A stretch of DNA of 64,000 nt from positions 43,447,756 to 43,511,755 of the forward strand of contig NC_068990.1 in NCBI RefSeq assembly GCF_001194135.2, read 5' to 3'. The translations under genes and the position numbers were made by a program. The notes beneath the pieces were generated by a model that was not told the DNA's origin, ran no database searches, and saw nothing but the letters and a program-made list of their open reading frames with translations. Source of the stretch: Octopus bimaculoides (lineage: Eukaryota). Position 1 is the stretch's first letter. Every line of letters starts with the position of its first letter. This document shows, piece by piece, positions 12,855 through 25,180 of this stretch.

Positions 12855-13375
12855 TGGCTTAGTGGTTAGGGTATTTGGTTCACAATCATATGATCATGAG
12901 TTTAAGGCGACAAGCTGGCAGAAATGTTAGCATGGCTGGCGAAATGCTTAGCAGTATTTCATCTGTCTCTATGTTCTGAGTTCATATTCCGCCAAGGTCG
13001 ACTTTGCCTTTCATCTTTTCGGGGTGGATAAATCAAGTACCAGTTGCGTACTGGGGTCGATCTAATCAACTGGCCCCTTCCCCCAAAATTTCAGGCCTTG
13101 TGCCTAGAGTAGAAACGATATGGTCATGAGTTTGATTCCTCGTGGCGCACTGTGTGCTTGAGCAAAACACTTTACTTCATGCTGATCCATTCCACTCAGC
13201 TGGCAAAAATGAGTTGCATCTATATTTCAAAGGGCCAGTATTGTCACATTCTGTATCAAGCTGAATCTCCCTGAGAACTACATTAAGGGTACACAAGTCT
13301 GTAGACTGTTCAGCTACTTGCACATTAATTTCACAAACAGGCTGTTCTGTTGATCAGATCGACTAGAACCCTTGC
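12855..13375 (+). mobile_element. SINE family C (host), split by a family B insertion
   Basis: tRNA-like head GTGGCTTAGTGGTTAGGG...GAGTTT is interrupted and resumes as GAGTTTGATTCC...CTTGAGCAAAACAC. Confidence 0.7.
12904..13117 (+). mobile_element. SINE family B with 16-bp target-site duplication
   Basis: Flanks are ATATGATCATGAGTTT (12888-12903) and ATATGGTCATGAGTTT (13118-13133). Core GGTCGACTTTGCCTTTCATC...GATAAATCAAGTACCAG. Confidence 0.88.
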
Positions 13376-14274
13376 AAAGGAACTGGCTTGCAAGTTGGAG
13401 AAACTTCAGACTTACTATCAGATCCAGTAGCCATATAAATACTCTTTGAGGTGCCAAAATGTATCCGAAAAAGTTCTGGAAAATGAGCAATAGGGCAGAG
13501 ATAAGACAAGTAGGGAATTGAAGTGAAAAATCTGAGTTGCATTGAATATAATCCATTGAGAGAGAGCAATGGTAACTTATACAACAGCTGCACATAGGTG
13601 AAGTGAGAAAGCAAATAGGCTTTATAGTCATCAGCTTTTTGAGTGTAGAAAAACCAGCTGCACTGGCACCAACATTGTGACACAATGTTATCTATAGGGT
13701 GGAAAATGCTAAGTGCTGACAGGAAAAGGTGACCATGGTATATGAAAACCAAAGAAAATATGAAGAGTTTGGATTTCAGGATGTTGAGGCTTCATCAGGG
13801 ATATGACACAGGATCTATGGGGACAGTGATATATCATACTCTTGACTCATGCAAGTGTGAAAAGTGGCTATTTAAATGATGAGGACTTTTAACTTTCAAG
13901 TGAGTGGAGAGGCAGGATTCTGGCTTAATCAGAGTCCATGATGCTCTTTAGAGATCAAACAGATTGGTAGGAGAAAGAAGAAGCTATTCTTAGACAGGAA
14001 GCCTAGTTCAAATACTTGCAACAGAATAAGCTCATTTAGCTTGCCAAGTCATATTTTCCATGCTGCTACTATGTGCCAAGTGTATTTTTTATGGAAAAAG
14101 TGCTATAAAGATAAATGTTATAGATGGTAATGAATTATATTATATAACATAATGTCTAATAAAACTACTATTTTCAAATATAGGCTAAAAGTGCAATGGT
14201 TTAATAACTTGTCATCATCATCATCATCATTTAACGTCCGTTTTCCATGCTGGCATGGGTTGGACAAGTAATTA

Positions 14275-15125
14275 ATGTTATCAGCATATCTCATGAGAGA
14301 GTTGAGAATATTCTGCTCAATGAACTTGGCTTGATGAGCAAGCCATTCCCTCTCTGCTCAGTGGGCACCATGTCTTCTGACACATTATCAAATGTGCACC
14401 AAGCTGATCACATCACAGGAAGACCTGACATTGTTTGAGAGAGATCCAGCAGGTTTCCTTGAGTGTTTCCTAAACCAGGATAAATGTTGGCTTCATCACT
14501 TTGAGCCAGTGACAAAGAGACAATACATGCAGGGCAAACACCCCTCCTCACCTGTTCCAAAGAAGGCCAAAATTATTTCATCTGCAGGTTAGGTGATGGC
14601 CTCAGTTTTTGAGATGCAAAAAGTCTTGTGTTTATTGACTATTTTCAAAAGGGTTGCACCATCAATAGAGAATATTATGCCAACTTGCTGAGGCAATTAT
14701 GAAAGGCTATCAAGACCAAATGACCAGGAAAACTGATGAATGGTGTTTTGTTTCATCAGGACCATTCTCCAGCACAGTAGTCCTTGCTTTCAATGGTTGC
14801 TGTGCATGGCTGTGACTTTGAACTAGTTAGTCACTGTCCCTATGCTCTTGATCTGGTTCCATCTGACTATCATTTATTCGCCAACATATGAAAAAAACCA
14901 CTTGGCTGGGAACCAGTATCACAGTGATGATAATGCCATACCTGCAGTTGATGACTTTTTTTTGACCAACAGGAAGAAAGCTTCTTCACCAATGGGATCT
15001 AAGCACAGTAACACTGATGTAAGTAGTGTGTGGAGCACAAGAAGTCTATGTTGATAAATAAACTTCATTTGGTCACATTCCATGAAAGTATCTTGATCAG
15101 CTTATGAACTTTCCAGTCAACTTTT
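14275..15125 (+). mobile_element. Mariner (DD34D) transposase remnant, 5' truncated
   Basis: DKCWLHHFEPVTKRQ, PKKAK...SAG*VMASVF*DAK, FHQDHSPA, PYALDLVPSDYHLF motifs across frames. Confidence 0.85.
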
Positions 15126-15370
15126 GTGGTTGCAAAGTGGACTTCTCAACCACACAGCTATGTCTATAGGATATAGAGGACCTGATATGATTGTTGTTAT
15201 AAGGAAGCAAAGTAGTAGTAGAATCATTAGGAGGCTGGTCAAAATGCCAAGCAACTTTTCTTCCAGCTTTATGCTATGAGCTTTTCTTTTCAGGGTTGAT
15301 AAAATAAATACCAGTCAAGAATCTGAGTCAATGTAATAAACTAGCACCCTCCCCTGAAATTTCATACTTT

Positions 15371-15618
15371 TGGCTCCTGCGCAGGTGGCACGTAAAATAC
15401 ACCATTTTGAGCGTGGCTGTTGCCAGTACCGCCTGACTGGCCTTCGTGCCCACTACACTTTCAGAGTGGTTGGCGTTAGGAAGGGCATCCAGCTGTAGAA
15501 ACTCTGCCAAATCAGATTGTAGCCTGATGTAGCTATCTGGTTCACCAGTCCTCAGTCAAATCGTCCAACCCATGTTAGCATAGAAAGCGGACGTTAAACG
15601 ATGATGATGATGATGATG
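15371..15618 (+). mobile_element. RTE-family 3' tail element ending in (GAT)n
   Basis: Near-identical to the reverse complement of 44557-44826; ends GGACGTTAAACGATGATGATG. Confidence 0.85.
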
Positions 15619-16499
15619 TACTCATAGCAGAAAAAAAAAAGAGGAAAAGAATTATGGTTGTTGTTGTTTAGTTTCAGGTCAACTCTGATTGAGCTGATTG
15701 TGGACAAAGATGTTCCAAATATGATCTTCCCATCTTCTCAGCCACATTCAGGACCACAATATTCAATGAGTCCTTTTGGGCTGTGATTTGAGGGCAATTT
15801 GGCAGCTGGATCAAGTGTTTATGTAGCAGTTTCTTTGGCATTGTGATATTATAAAACTGGTGCCAGTATTAATCACAATAGTGTATGTAACAATTCTTGA
15901 TGTTAAATATGCTGCTTCAAACAAGAATGTGGAGACAAGAAATGTGACACTGGTACAAGAAAAGGGAGAAATTATCAGTCTTAAGATTTGTGAGCATCTA
16001 TAAATAACACCAAGCATCAATATAATGCAGATATGCATTGTCTGCAGTTGCTAAAAGCTAAAGGAAAGTAATTTCAGTTTCAAGACTTCAGAAATTCAGG
16101 TAAGAAAGTTTGTGTTTGTCTTTTTGTTGTATTTTCTTTTCTTTTTTTTTTTACCCCAAGTTAAAACTTACAATTAGTAGGAAACAAAAAGAAAAAGGAG
16201 AAAAAAATTCCAGTTGTTGCATAAACAGGAAATTATGAGTTATGCTAGAGGGAAATGTAACGAAGTTGAGATCTTCATGCCTTCAAAAGTAAGAATATCA
16301 ATTTAATAAACGATATTGATTAGTGACGGAGTAAGAGGGGGAGGGGGATTCATTGAGAAACGTTTTGTTAATATCTATTTCAAAAGAAATATTTTCATAG
16401 CATAAAATTATACTTAATAATTTATTTTTATTTTTTGAAGAAGTAACAAAATTATATTTTTGCATTTGGAGATGCAAATGTATGTGGTATAGAGAAAAA

Positions 16500-16740
16500 A
16501 AAAAAGCTGCAGTAACTGCGTCTATCGAAGGATGTCATTTAGTGCGGCGCTGCTAAGTACCGGCATGCAGCGATTCCTTGTTTTTCGCTAACATCGTCGT
16601 CGTCGTTGTTGTTGTTGCCCGCTGAGCCAGCAGCGACATCTGGTGGTCACATGATCATCATTCAAAGCAAATGGCGGCTTTATGCAGTCGAATAAATGGC
16701 GGGAATCTTATGTCTAAACTGTTATTTAGGGAGGTAAGGA
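16500..16740 (+). promoter_or_regulatory. Candidate promoter/first-exon region with CTCF-like site, E/M-box and two YY1-like motifs
   Basis: CAGCGACATCTGGTGGTCA at 16631-16649 (reverse complement TGACCACCAGATGTCGCTG); TCACATGA at 16647-16654; AAATGGCGGC at 16669-16678; AAATGGCGG at 16694-16702. CpG-rich non-repeat sequence. Confidence 0.55.
16671..16733 (+). CDS. Candidate first coding exon (MAALCSRINGGNLMSKLLFRE), product unknown; composition compatible with a mitochondrial presequence
   Basis: ATG in AAATGGCG context followed by a strong donor GAG/GTAAGG. Downstream introns appear T-rich on the + strand. No homology recognised, and it could instead be a 5' UTR exon. Confidence 0.35.
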
Positions 16741-17636
16741 GACCTGTTATTTGTATCTGCTGCCGCTTTCTTCTTTCTATTTCTCACCAGATTTCGGCCG
16801 TCCAGTTGTTGTCTTTGCTGTTTTTTTTTCCTGTTAAAAAAAAATAATAATAATAATAATAAACCCTATCATTGATGTGCAAAGATTAGATAAATTGAGC
16901 GACAATTTCTATCTACCCCGAATGAGCCAAGTGAAGAAGAAATATCGCAAGTAAGGAGAAGGAAATACGAAAAATATCTTTATCCGTTTAGGTGTATTTT
17001 CTGGTAGAAAAAAAAATAATTACTGGATGCACAGTTTATTCTTTCGAAGCTTATGTATGACACGGAGTGAATCTTCTGCTTCGAATAAAAAAACATATAT
17101 ATATACATACATACCATATATATGTATATATTGAAGTCGATGAAAAAATATGTATTTATTCTTAGTGACTCCTATCTTACAAATATCCGCTAAAACCTCT
17201 CATACGTGTTTTTGTTATTTTTTAAATCAATCCACCGTATAGCTTTCTTTGTCGTCTGATTTTTTCAATGAAACCTTTCTAAATTACACATTGTCACTTA
17301 ATATATAATTGACACATGAGGCTTGAGTGAATAAACACAGTAAACCTACTCTATCTAACATCAACTGTATCCCACTCAATTTTAAAGCTATTTCCTTTAT
17401 TCATACGAAAATGTAACATTCATTTTCTTGTGTCTTCTCTCGGTTTATTCTCTATAAACGCATCACAAATCGGTTTGTGTATTACATATATAGTTTTTCC
17501 TCTTCAATTATCATATAAATACTTATAAACGTACATTTGTCTTTTGTGTGTATGTTTATGTAACATCCTTTATTCTCGCTCTTCCTTTCTTTAACATATA
17601 TGCATACACGTGTGTGTATATATATATATATATATA

Positions 17637-17800
17637 ACGATGACCACTAAAGTGGACATTTAATGATGCTAGAAGATCACATGTGTCTACTAAAACCTAA
17701 TAGTTCTCAAAAGAAATTCTTTTGAGAACCATTAGGTCTTAGTAGACACAACATGTGATCTTCTTCTAGCACATTAAATGTCCACTTTAGTGGTCATCGT
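17637..17800. mobile_element. 164-bp palindromic MITE in a (TA)n tract
   Basis: Arms ACGATGACCACTAAAGTGGACATTTAATG...CTCAAAAG and CTTTTGAG...CATTAAATGTCCACTTTAGTGGTCATCGT are reverse complements except for small indels and two substitutions. Centre near 17716, TA on both sides. Confidence 0.85.
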
Positions 17801-20239
17801 TATATATAAACATATACTTTAATCCCCTAAGATCTCAAATATTTTTTCTGAATCTCTCTGATTCTTTCAATGTGTTAGCTTCCTGATAATAAATCGATAT
17901 TAATTAATATCTGACTTTTTACCCTATGTTTTAATTTGATTATATATCTATATCTATATATACATATACATGTATAATGCGCACACACACAGTATGTATA
18001 TTCATGGAACCGCTAAACGTGTGTGCAGTATTGAAATGCAGATGTGCCATAAAGAGATCTCTTTTGCTTTGTTAGACTTAAGACTCCGTCCCCTCTCTCT
18101 GTATCTTTATCCATCTTTCTCATCTGTCAAAAACTCTTTTTTAACAACATGGTTTCTTATATCTACATAGCACACACGCAATCGTTTTATATATATACAC
18201 ATAGATGCATAAACACACGCTTTTAAGCCGCTATATAACACTTTCTGTATATAATAATCAACCACTTGCTCTTGTATTACAAAATCTATTGATATTTATT
18301 ATACAGAATCACATCACATCGTCTAAACAAAAATAGACATACACACACACACAAATGAACAAAATGGGTTTTATAGGAAGATTTCGAGTCGTTTAATTCA
18401 GTGTTTTGTGTTGCCTTCTCTCACTCTCTCGTCATATTAATGGGTGATTGTCTTCGACAAGTTTCTCTGCCTCTATACTTCAAAGTCTATGATATGCTTT
18501 CGTGCATAATCCATTCCTTACATTTGAACGGACATTATTAAAATTAAGGAAGATATTTGAGTGTTTATTATTTTTTTTATCCGTTTCTCTTTTTAATCAC
18601 TGGAACATTATTTTTTTACAAAGTAATTAAATTTCTATTAGAAGGAATTCGGAGAAATGGAACAATTTTGTCTGCGTCTGTTTATGAAGTTTCCTAAGTG
18701 CTATCGAGAAAGCTTAAGCATATTTATTACTTTGGTTCTTTAGAAGATGGTGTTAAAATAGAATGTAATGTTATATAAAGTTGTAAATGTGGTTGTAAAC
18801 GTTACTGTGTATGAATATATATATAGTAAAGTGAAAATACTGTAACTGTTTTGAAATTAATGTATGTTGAGAGACATGTCCCTATCTTTCATCTTTTCGT
18901 AATTTCAAATGTGTTCTATTCTGTAAACATGTTACCTCATCTACAAACCAGAAAGCTATTGTTTCAGAATTCCGTTCTTTTTTTTTTTTTTTTTTAAAGT
19001 AAAAACCAGTTTTATTCAATATTCATCATTTCCTGAATTTTATATTAAGAGTAGCCTTTTCTTTGTCTAAATTTTCGGAAACATATATTTTGCGGAGTAC
19101 ATACAACCCTGTTTCTTGTCTGTCAAATGATAAGTTTTTTGATTGTTCTGTTGTAAGATCCATGTTATCTTCCTTATTTTCTCTCTCACCTCTCTCTCTC
19201 TTTCTTCCTCCCCCCTCTCTCTCTACAACACACTTTATAGCATACGATAAAATACAACCGACACATGAAAATATAGTATTTAGCTTCTCTTGAAATTGTC
19301 ACTGCCATAACCTTTTTTTTTTTTTAATCTTCAGGGTGGAGGTGTCTCGTCTTTAAGTATTTTGTGTGTGTGTGTCTATCCTAATGTCCATTTTCTCTTC
19401 TTTCTCGCATGTTCTTCCGACTCGTGTGCCTCCGGTATGTTTGTTAGTGTTTATAATATATATATATATATATAGATATCTATAGAATGTGTATTTGTGT
19501 CTCTATATAGTTGAAAGTATAGTGTAGTAAGTTTTTTTTCTTCTTTACTCTTTACAGAGCCGAAAGAGACATTTTCTTTTTTTTTTTTCTTTTTTTTTGC
19601 TTTCTTTGTGCATGTCTCTCAGTCAAAATAAATATCTCCCTCATCACTCCAGCTCTGTCGTCCCCTCATCTTGATATTGCCCCCTTTCGTTTTGGCGTTT
19701 CTCTCTGGCACACACACATTTATTGTTTTTGACATTAAATATTGGTCAGTCTGTGCGAGATAAAAGCTAATCCATTCCATCAGTCACATTGATATCCCCA
19801 AACAAAACACGCACGCATGCACACAAAATCAAAATATACTGGATAAAGGGACAGGCAGACGGTCACACTTCCTCTCCTCATTTCATTGTCGTTGATTTTT
19901 TTTTTTTGATTTTTCTTATCGCCATAGAGTGACTCGATTTATGCTGTTGTGTTGGCCGAATCAACGACTCCATTCTTTCAATTCTTGGTTCTCTTTCCAT
20001 TCCACTTGACGTTCGATAATGGCCCTTGAAGAGGGGGGGGGGCATGAACGCCTCAGTAATTTCGTTTCCCGTCCATAAATCTTTCTTCATGATGTCTGTC
20101 TTAAGTAAACGGCCCTTATTCTTATTGTCTGTTTCGTTCGTTATTTGGATGTGAAAACATAAAATTGTTCTTCGACAAATTTATTTCTTATAATAATTTT
20201 CTTACTCCTTGTTTCAAAATGTTTTAAACAATGTCCATC

Positions 20240-20297
20240 NNNNNNNNNNNNNNNNNNNNNNNNNNNNNNNNNNNNNNNNNNNNNNNNNNNNNNNNNN
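20240..20297. other. Assembly gap
   Basis: N run. Confidence 1.
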
Positions 20298-22744
20298 TGA
20301 AAGAGTTGATAAAAAGTTAGGTTTCACTTCCTACCCAAATGTTGTTCCCTATTTCTGTCACATTATTATTAAAATAAAATCGTTGATATTTACTGTCCAG
20401 CTTACACGACTTGATTGCAACAGAGAAATCTCCATCTTAAAGATTGGCATCCCTCAATAACCAGATTTCTCCTCTGATTACTGTCATGAGACAGAAATTA
20501 GACGCTCAAAGAGGACACATGGAGATATATTTTATTAATTTTAGATTATGGTTTTAAATGGTTGGTTTAAATAACCTTACATATGTGTTCTTTTGGTTAA
20601 ATTTCGGATAGCCTTTTTTTTTTTTTTTTGTGCCCATGTCTAAAATATCATTTCAATTTTCTGCAGTGAATTACTAGTGTGGTAGACACCAGTTTAATAT
20701 AGCTGCTGGGGCTGACTAGTTGATGATATAATAGTTCCTTAGATTTCATCCTATATCGGTTCAGTGGATGGGCAGTTTACGTCTACAACATGTGCTATAT
20801 TGATTGTCCTGATAATGTGATCATGCTTGACTTTATGTGTAGTAAAGAAGCTATAAACACTTATTGACTAAACCATTTCTTATGTTACCCATGTGAGTAA
20901 CTCTTTCAGCTTGTATACCAGATGAAAAAATGAGTATAATAGTGCTAAAAATGTATTAATTTTTTTTTTTTTTGCATTTGTAAATAATGAAGGTTAAGTG
21001 ACGAAGCAAGCTAAAAGTATTTATTAGCAGCAGGGTCAGCAAACGTCCAGTTGCAACAGGAGAGTGGTCCTGTACTGTAAAGGTATGAGAAAGAATTTAA
21101 TACTATGAAACTAATGCATATAATGGATTTACATGCAATGTAGGAATTTTGGTGAGTTGAGTAGGAAAGCATAACTTTGGGCGTACTATCTGCACTGGGT
21201 TAACAACAGGCAACATGAGTAGGCATGTATTTGATGACACTCAAATGATCCAAATAGTTTTACAGTTGTAGACAAGATTCTTTATTGATGATACAATTAA
21301 CCAAAGAGCGAGGTTGAGTAGTAAGATTGGAAAAAGGAATATTATGATAGATTTACAGTTCCTGGCAAGTCTTTGAGCAAGGAGCAAACTTTATGAAGTA
21401 TTTGTAAGATTTTCTTTGCATGCTGTGACTTAGGTGGTAAGACATCTGAGGTAAGGGCAGATGTATGTTTGAGAAATGACAGGTGTTCTGAGTTTGTGAT
21501 ATGAAAGGATATGAGCATGAATTTATGGAAGATCTGGGAAGAGGCAATCAAATAAGGTTTGAGAACATTGGAACTTAAAGAATTGATAACACAAGTCCAG
21601 TCAGTGTAGAAAGCTACTGTATCAAGAACCTGTCTTACAACTTGGCATAAAATTGTGTATGAACATTGATGTTAACAGGTCCGTTTGATGGCCTTGCTTT
21701 TCATATGTGTTAGATAAACTACCATCCAGTTTTTATTGCATGGTATTTTCATTTATAAAAGGACTTAATACTTCATTCTAAGTATCTTTTTACATGTAAA
21801 TCAAATATTATCAGTATTTTCCAGTTTTTATGCATTCATTAGTAGCTGGCTGTGTGGTGAAAAACTTTGCTTCATAACCACAAGGTTTAGGGTTTCTTTC
21901 TCATGTGTATCATTGCAATCTGGTATCTTCTACTATGGCCTTGAATTGACCAATGCCTTGTGAGTGAAATTGGTAGGTGGAAACTAAGAAGCCCATTGAA
22001 TATGTGTATGTTTGTTTTCTGCTTGTCTTGCTGATGTTTGCATGCTGCCTGAAAGCCAGATCACCATCCTTACAAATGATGTCATTGTGCAGAGGACTAC
22101 AGGAAATTTTAGCTTCCTGGTGATAGGAACAGCATTTAGCTGCAAAAATTGACTCAATCTAGCATAGAAAAGTGGATGTTACAATAATAGTAGTCACTTC
22201 TGACTTACATAGACCTTCCTTTTGATATCAAATGATTTTTTCAGTTTACAGTACCTTTCTTTGAAATTCATCCAGAGGCCTCTGTCAGTTAATTGACCAT
22301 GTATCTGCATTTGTGTATTCAGTTCTGGGCAAGTTTTCTTTTCCCTGCTCTTTCTTATTTTGTGTGTGGAAAACTGGCAGTTGCCCATGCATGCAATCGT
22401 CCAAAGGAAAGATTGCTGCTTTAGGGTCAATACAGCTTAGCAGTATCATTGCAGGTATTGCTGTCAGAAGGCAATAGGGCTGGAACAGAGAGCACTGGGC
22501 ATATCATCTAATACTCAAATAGTTCTACTAATCCAGCATCCTAGACGAAAGGCAAAGCTGAGCTCAGTGGGATTTGAACACAGTGCGTTGTCAGAACAAA
22601 TATTACAAGGCATTTTATCCAAAACTCAAATGGTTTTGCTAGTTGACTGCTTTCTTTGTTTTTTCAAATTCATATTATGCTATATATTAATTTCAACTCC
22701 TGTCCTGTCTTTGGATGGCAGATATTGTAATATAAACTTTCCAC

Positions 22745-23140
22745 TGAAAGTGAATTGTATCTTGAACGATAAACAAAGTCATGGAAAAGAAACTCAAAGC
22801 TGCAGAAATGTGGTTGTATAGAAAAATGCTTAGAATCTCGTGGGTGCAGAGAGGGATGAATGTGGAAGTGTTGAAGAAGATGAAAGTGAAGAGACAGTCG
22901 ATGGATACTATCAGAGAGAGACAGTGGAGATTTGTTGGTCATTTTCTCAGAATGGAGCGTTACATGGTGGAGACTGAGCTGGTGGGAAAGAGAGTGAGAG
23001 GAAGGCAGAGAATGAAGATGTTCAACTGGATGAAGAGAATGAACGTGCAAAGCGAGAAAGTCCTGGGTGATGTTGCAAGAGACAGAAATAAATAGAGGAG
23101 GAACAAACCATTATTCGTCTACAGCATGGATATGCCCTGA
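22745..23140 (+). mobile_element. RTE LINE ORF2 C-terminal fragment
   Basis: EKKLKAAEMWLYRKMLRISW...NVEVL...RQWRFVGH...GKRVRGRQRMK, followed by (GA)n. Confidence 0.88.
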
Positions 23141-23439
23141 CACGAGAGAGAGAGAGAGACTGAAAGAACCTCTTTGACATCATGAGAGGTAACAGTCCTT
23201 TAAACTTAACTGACATAGTTAAAGTTTTCTGTGATTGCATTCTCATGGGTCACTAACTAGACTGATCACATCTAAGTAAGTAGAGTTTGCCAACCTGTTT
23301 TGAACTGTTATAGAAGTATATTTATCACACTGCTATCAGTTGATCATCATAACACAAGCCAAGTTTATGTTTCTGTTATAATAGCCCTTTATTTGAAAAT
23401 TGTAGGATTAATTAAAAGGGTTCTTTTTAATTAACCATT

Positions 23440-25180
23440 GTCACTATCATTTGACATCCATGTTCTATGCTGGCATGAGTTGGATGGTTTGACAGGATCT
23501 AATGTGTCCAAGGGCTACATCATGCTTCATTATCTGCTTTGGCATGGTTTCTATAGCTGGATGCCCTTCTGAACACCAACCAACTTACAGCATGTACTGT
23601 GTGCTTTTTTCATCCCTCTGGTACTAGCGAGGTCACCACGCAGCTCACAAAACTACAAAACCCTTTGGAGAGGTTTTATGCAATGCAAAGAGGGGTTAAA
23701 GTATGAGAGAGCAGGTTCTTGTAGAGGAGCTTCATGGCTCAGAACAGGGGGTGAAAATGATCAGGAGCTGCAAGTTCAGGTGGCTCCTCATAGTATAAGG
23801 TGATTAGGTGTGAAAGGGTGGGGTATTGCAAGAAATGGGGCAATGGAAGGTTGGCAACAACTATAAAGATTAGGTAGTGTTTAAGGGTAGATGTGGGAGT
23901 GCTGGATAGGGTACAGAGGAGCACAGCAAGATAGTGATAGTGATTAATGATACAGTCAGCAGGAGAAGGATGAGAAAGATGACATGTAGATGGGTAAGTT
24001 GCAGAAGTAGTAGGGAGAGGCTGACATGGTGCTTGAGGGGAGATAATTTGGTGGTTCAATGGGGTTGGGTAATGATCACTAACTAGTAGCAGAGAGCAAT
24101 AATTACTGGATGATGGATGCTAACAAGTGAAATGGTCCCATGTAGCAAGAAAAAATGGATTGGTGTTACGGAATAGGATAGGAGATTAGGTGAAATGCTT
24201 GTTTGTGCACTTATCTACATATGCTGTGTTTCCAGAAGTCAGTTCTTGTAGATGTGGGTAGGTCTTCTTGAAAGCCTTGTAGTTGCCAGATATCCCAGTC
24301 CTTTTTCATCTCTATGAGGTTCTGGGTCTTAATGTCAACTTAGACCAGTTCATCCCATGTCATCCTGGGTCTCCTTCCACAAGCTCCAACTGCATTAAGT
24401 GATTCACATTTCCTTATACAACTGTCCTCATCCATATGCATTACTTGTCCTTATCAGCATAGTCTTCTTTCTTGCCCACTACATCCTCTTATACCCAGTT
24501 TTCCTCTCAGCACATATCTTGTTTGTGCATTCTGTGAGGCATACTTCATTTTTTCCAGTCTTCTCAAGTCTTCTGCTTTCAAAATCCATGTCTGTCTTGC
24601 AGTGTTGCAATTCTTACACAAACATCTTCCAATCTGCCCTTCATTCTGGGAAAAACCTAGACCTTTGTTGCCAACAGTGGTAGTAATTCCTTGAATTTTC
24701 TCCAACCCATTCTTACTCTGGCTACTATACTCTTGGAGCAGCCACCTCCCTTATTAATTTCTTCAATTGGATAAAAGCTAACAACTACTTCTAGTGAGCT
24801 ATCCAGCTATTCAAGAGCATTTATTTCCAGTGTGTTCATAGTTCATACTGCTCCAGTGCATCTATCACATACAAAGCTTATATTCTCTTTTAATCTGTTT
24901 GCAATTTCATTGCATCTCTTGTGTGTCCATTGCTTACATTATGTACAACACATGGAGTTTATACCTACTCTTTTTCTGCATATCAAGCGGGGCCATTTCC
25001 CTAAAGGTATCAGGGTCCTGTCTTTCTTCCTTTTCACAGGAACCTTCATCTTTGCTAAATTTACCTTAAGATCTTTTGATTCTAGGTTTAGCTTCCATAC
25101 CCAGAATTTCCACTTTAATTCAGTTATGAAGTCTAGGTTTTCTGCATATAGTTCCCATTGACATCCAGTCTAAAAATCCT
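23440..25180 (-). mobile_element. RTE LINE 3' portion (RT C-terminus and long 3' UTR)
   Basis: QTWILKAEDLRRLEK...VLRGKLGIRG...QERRL in 24300-24700; tail motif (CAT)TTGACATCCATG...GCTGGCATG at about 23440. Confidence 0.8.

Noticed and set aside
20722-20812. Box C/D snoRNA-like TGATGA...CTGA spacing
   Set aside because: No terminal stem and no recognisable rRNA/snRNA antisense element; such motifs are frequent by chance in this composition.
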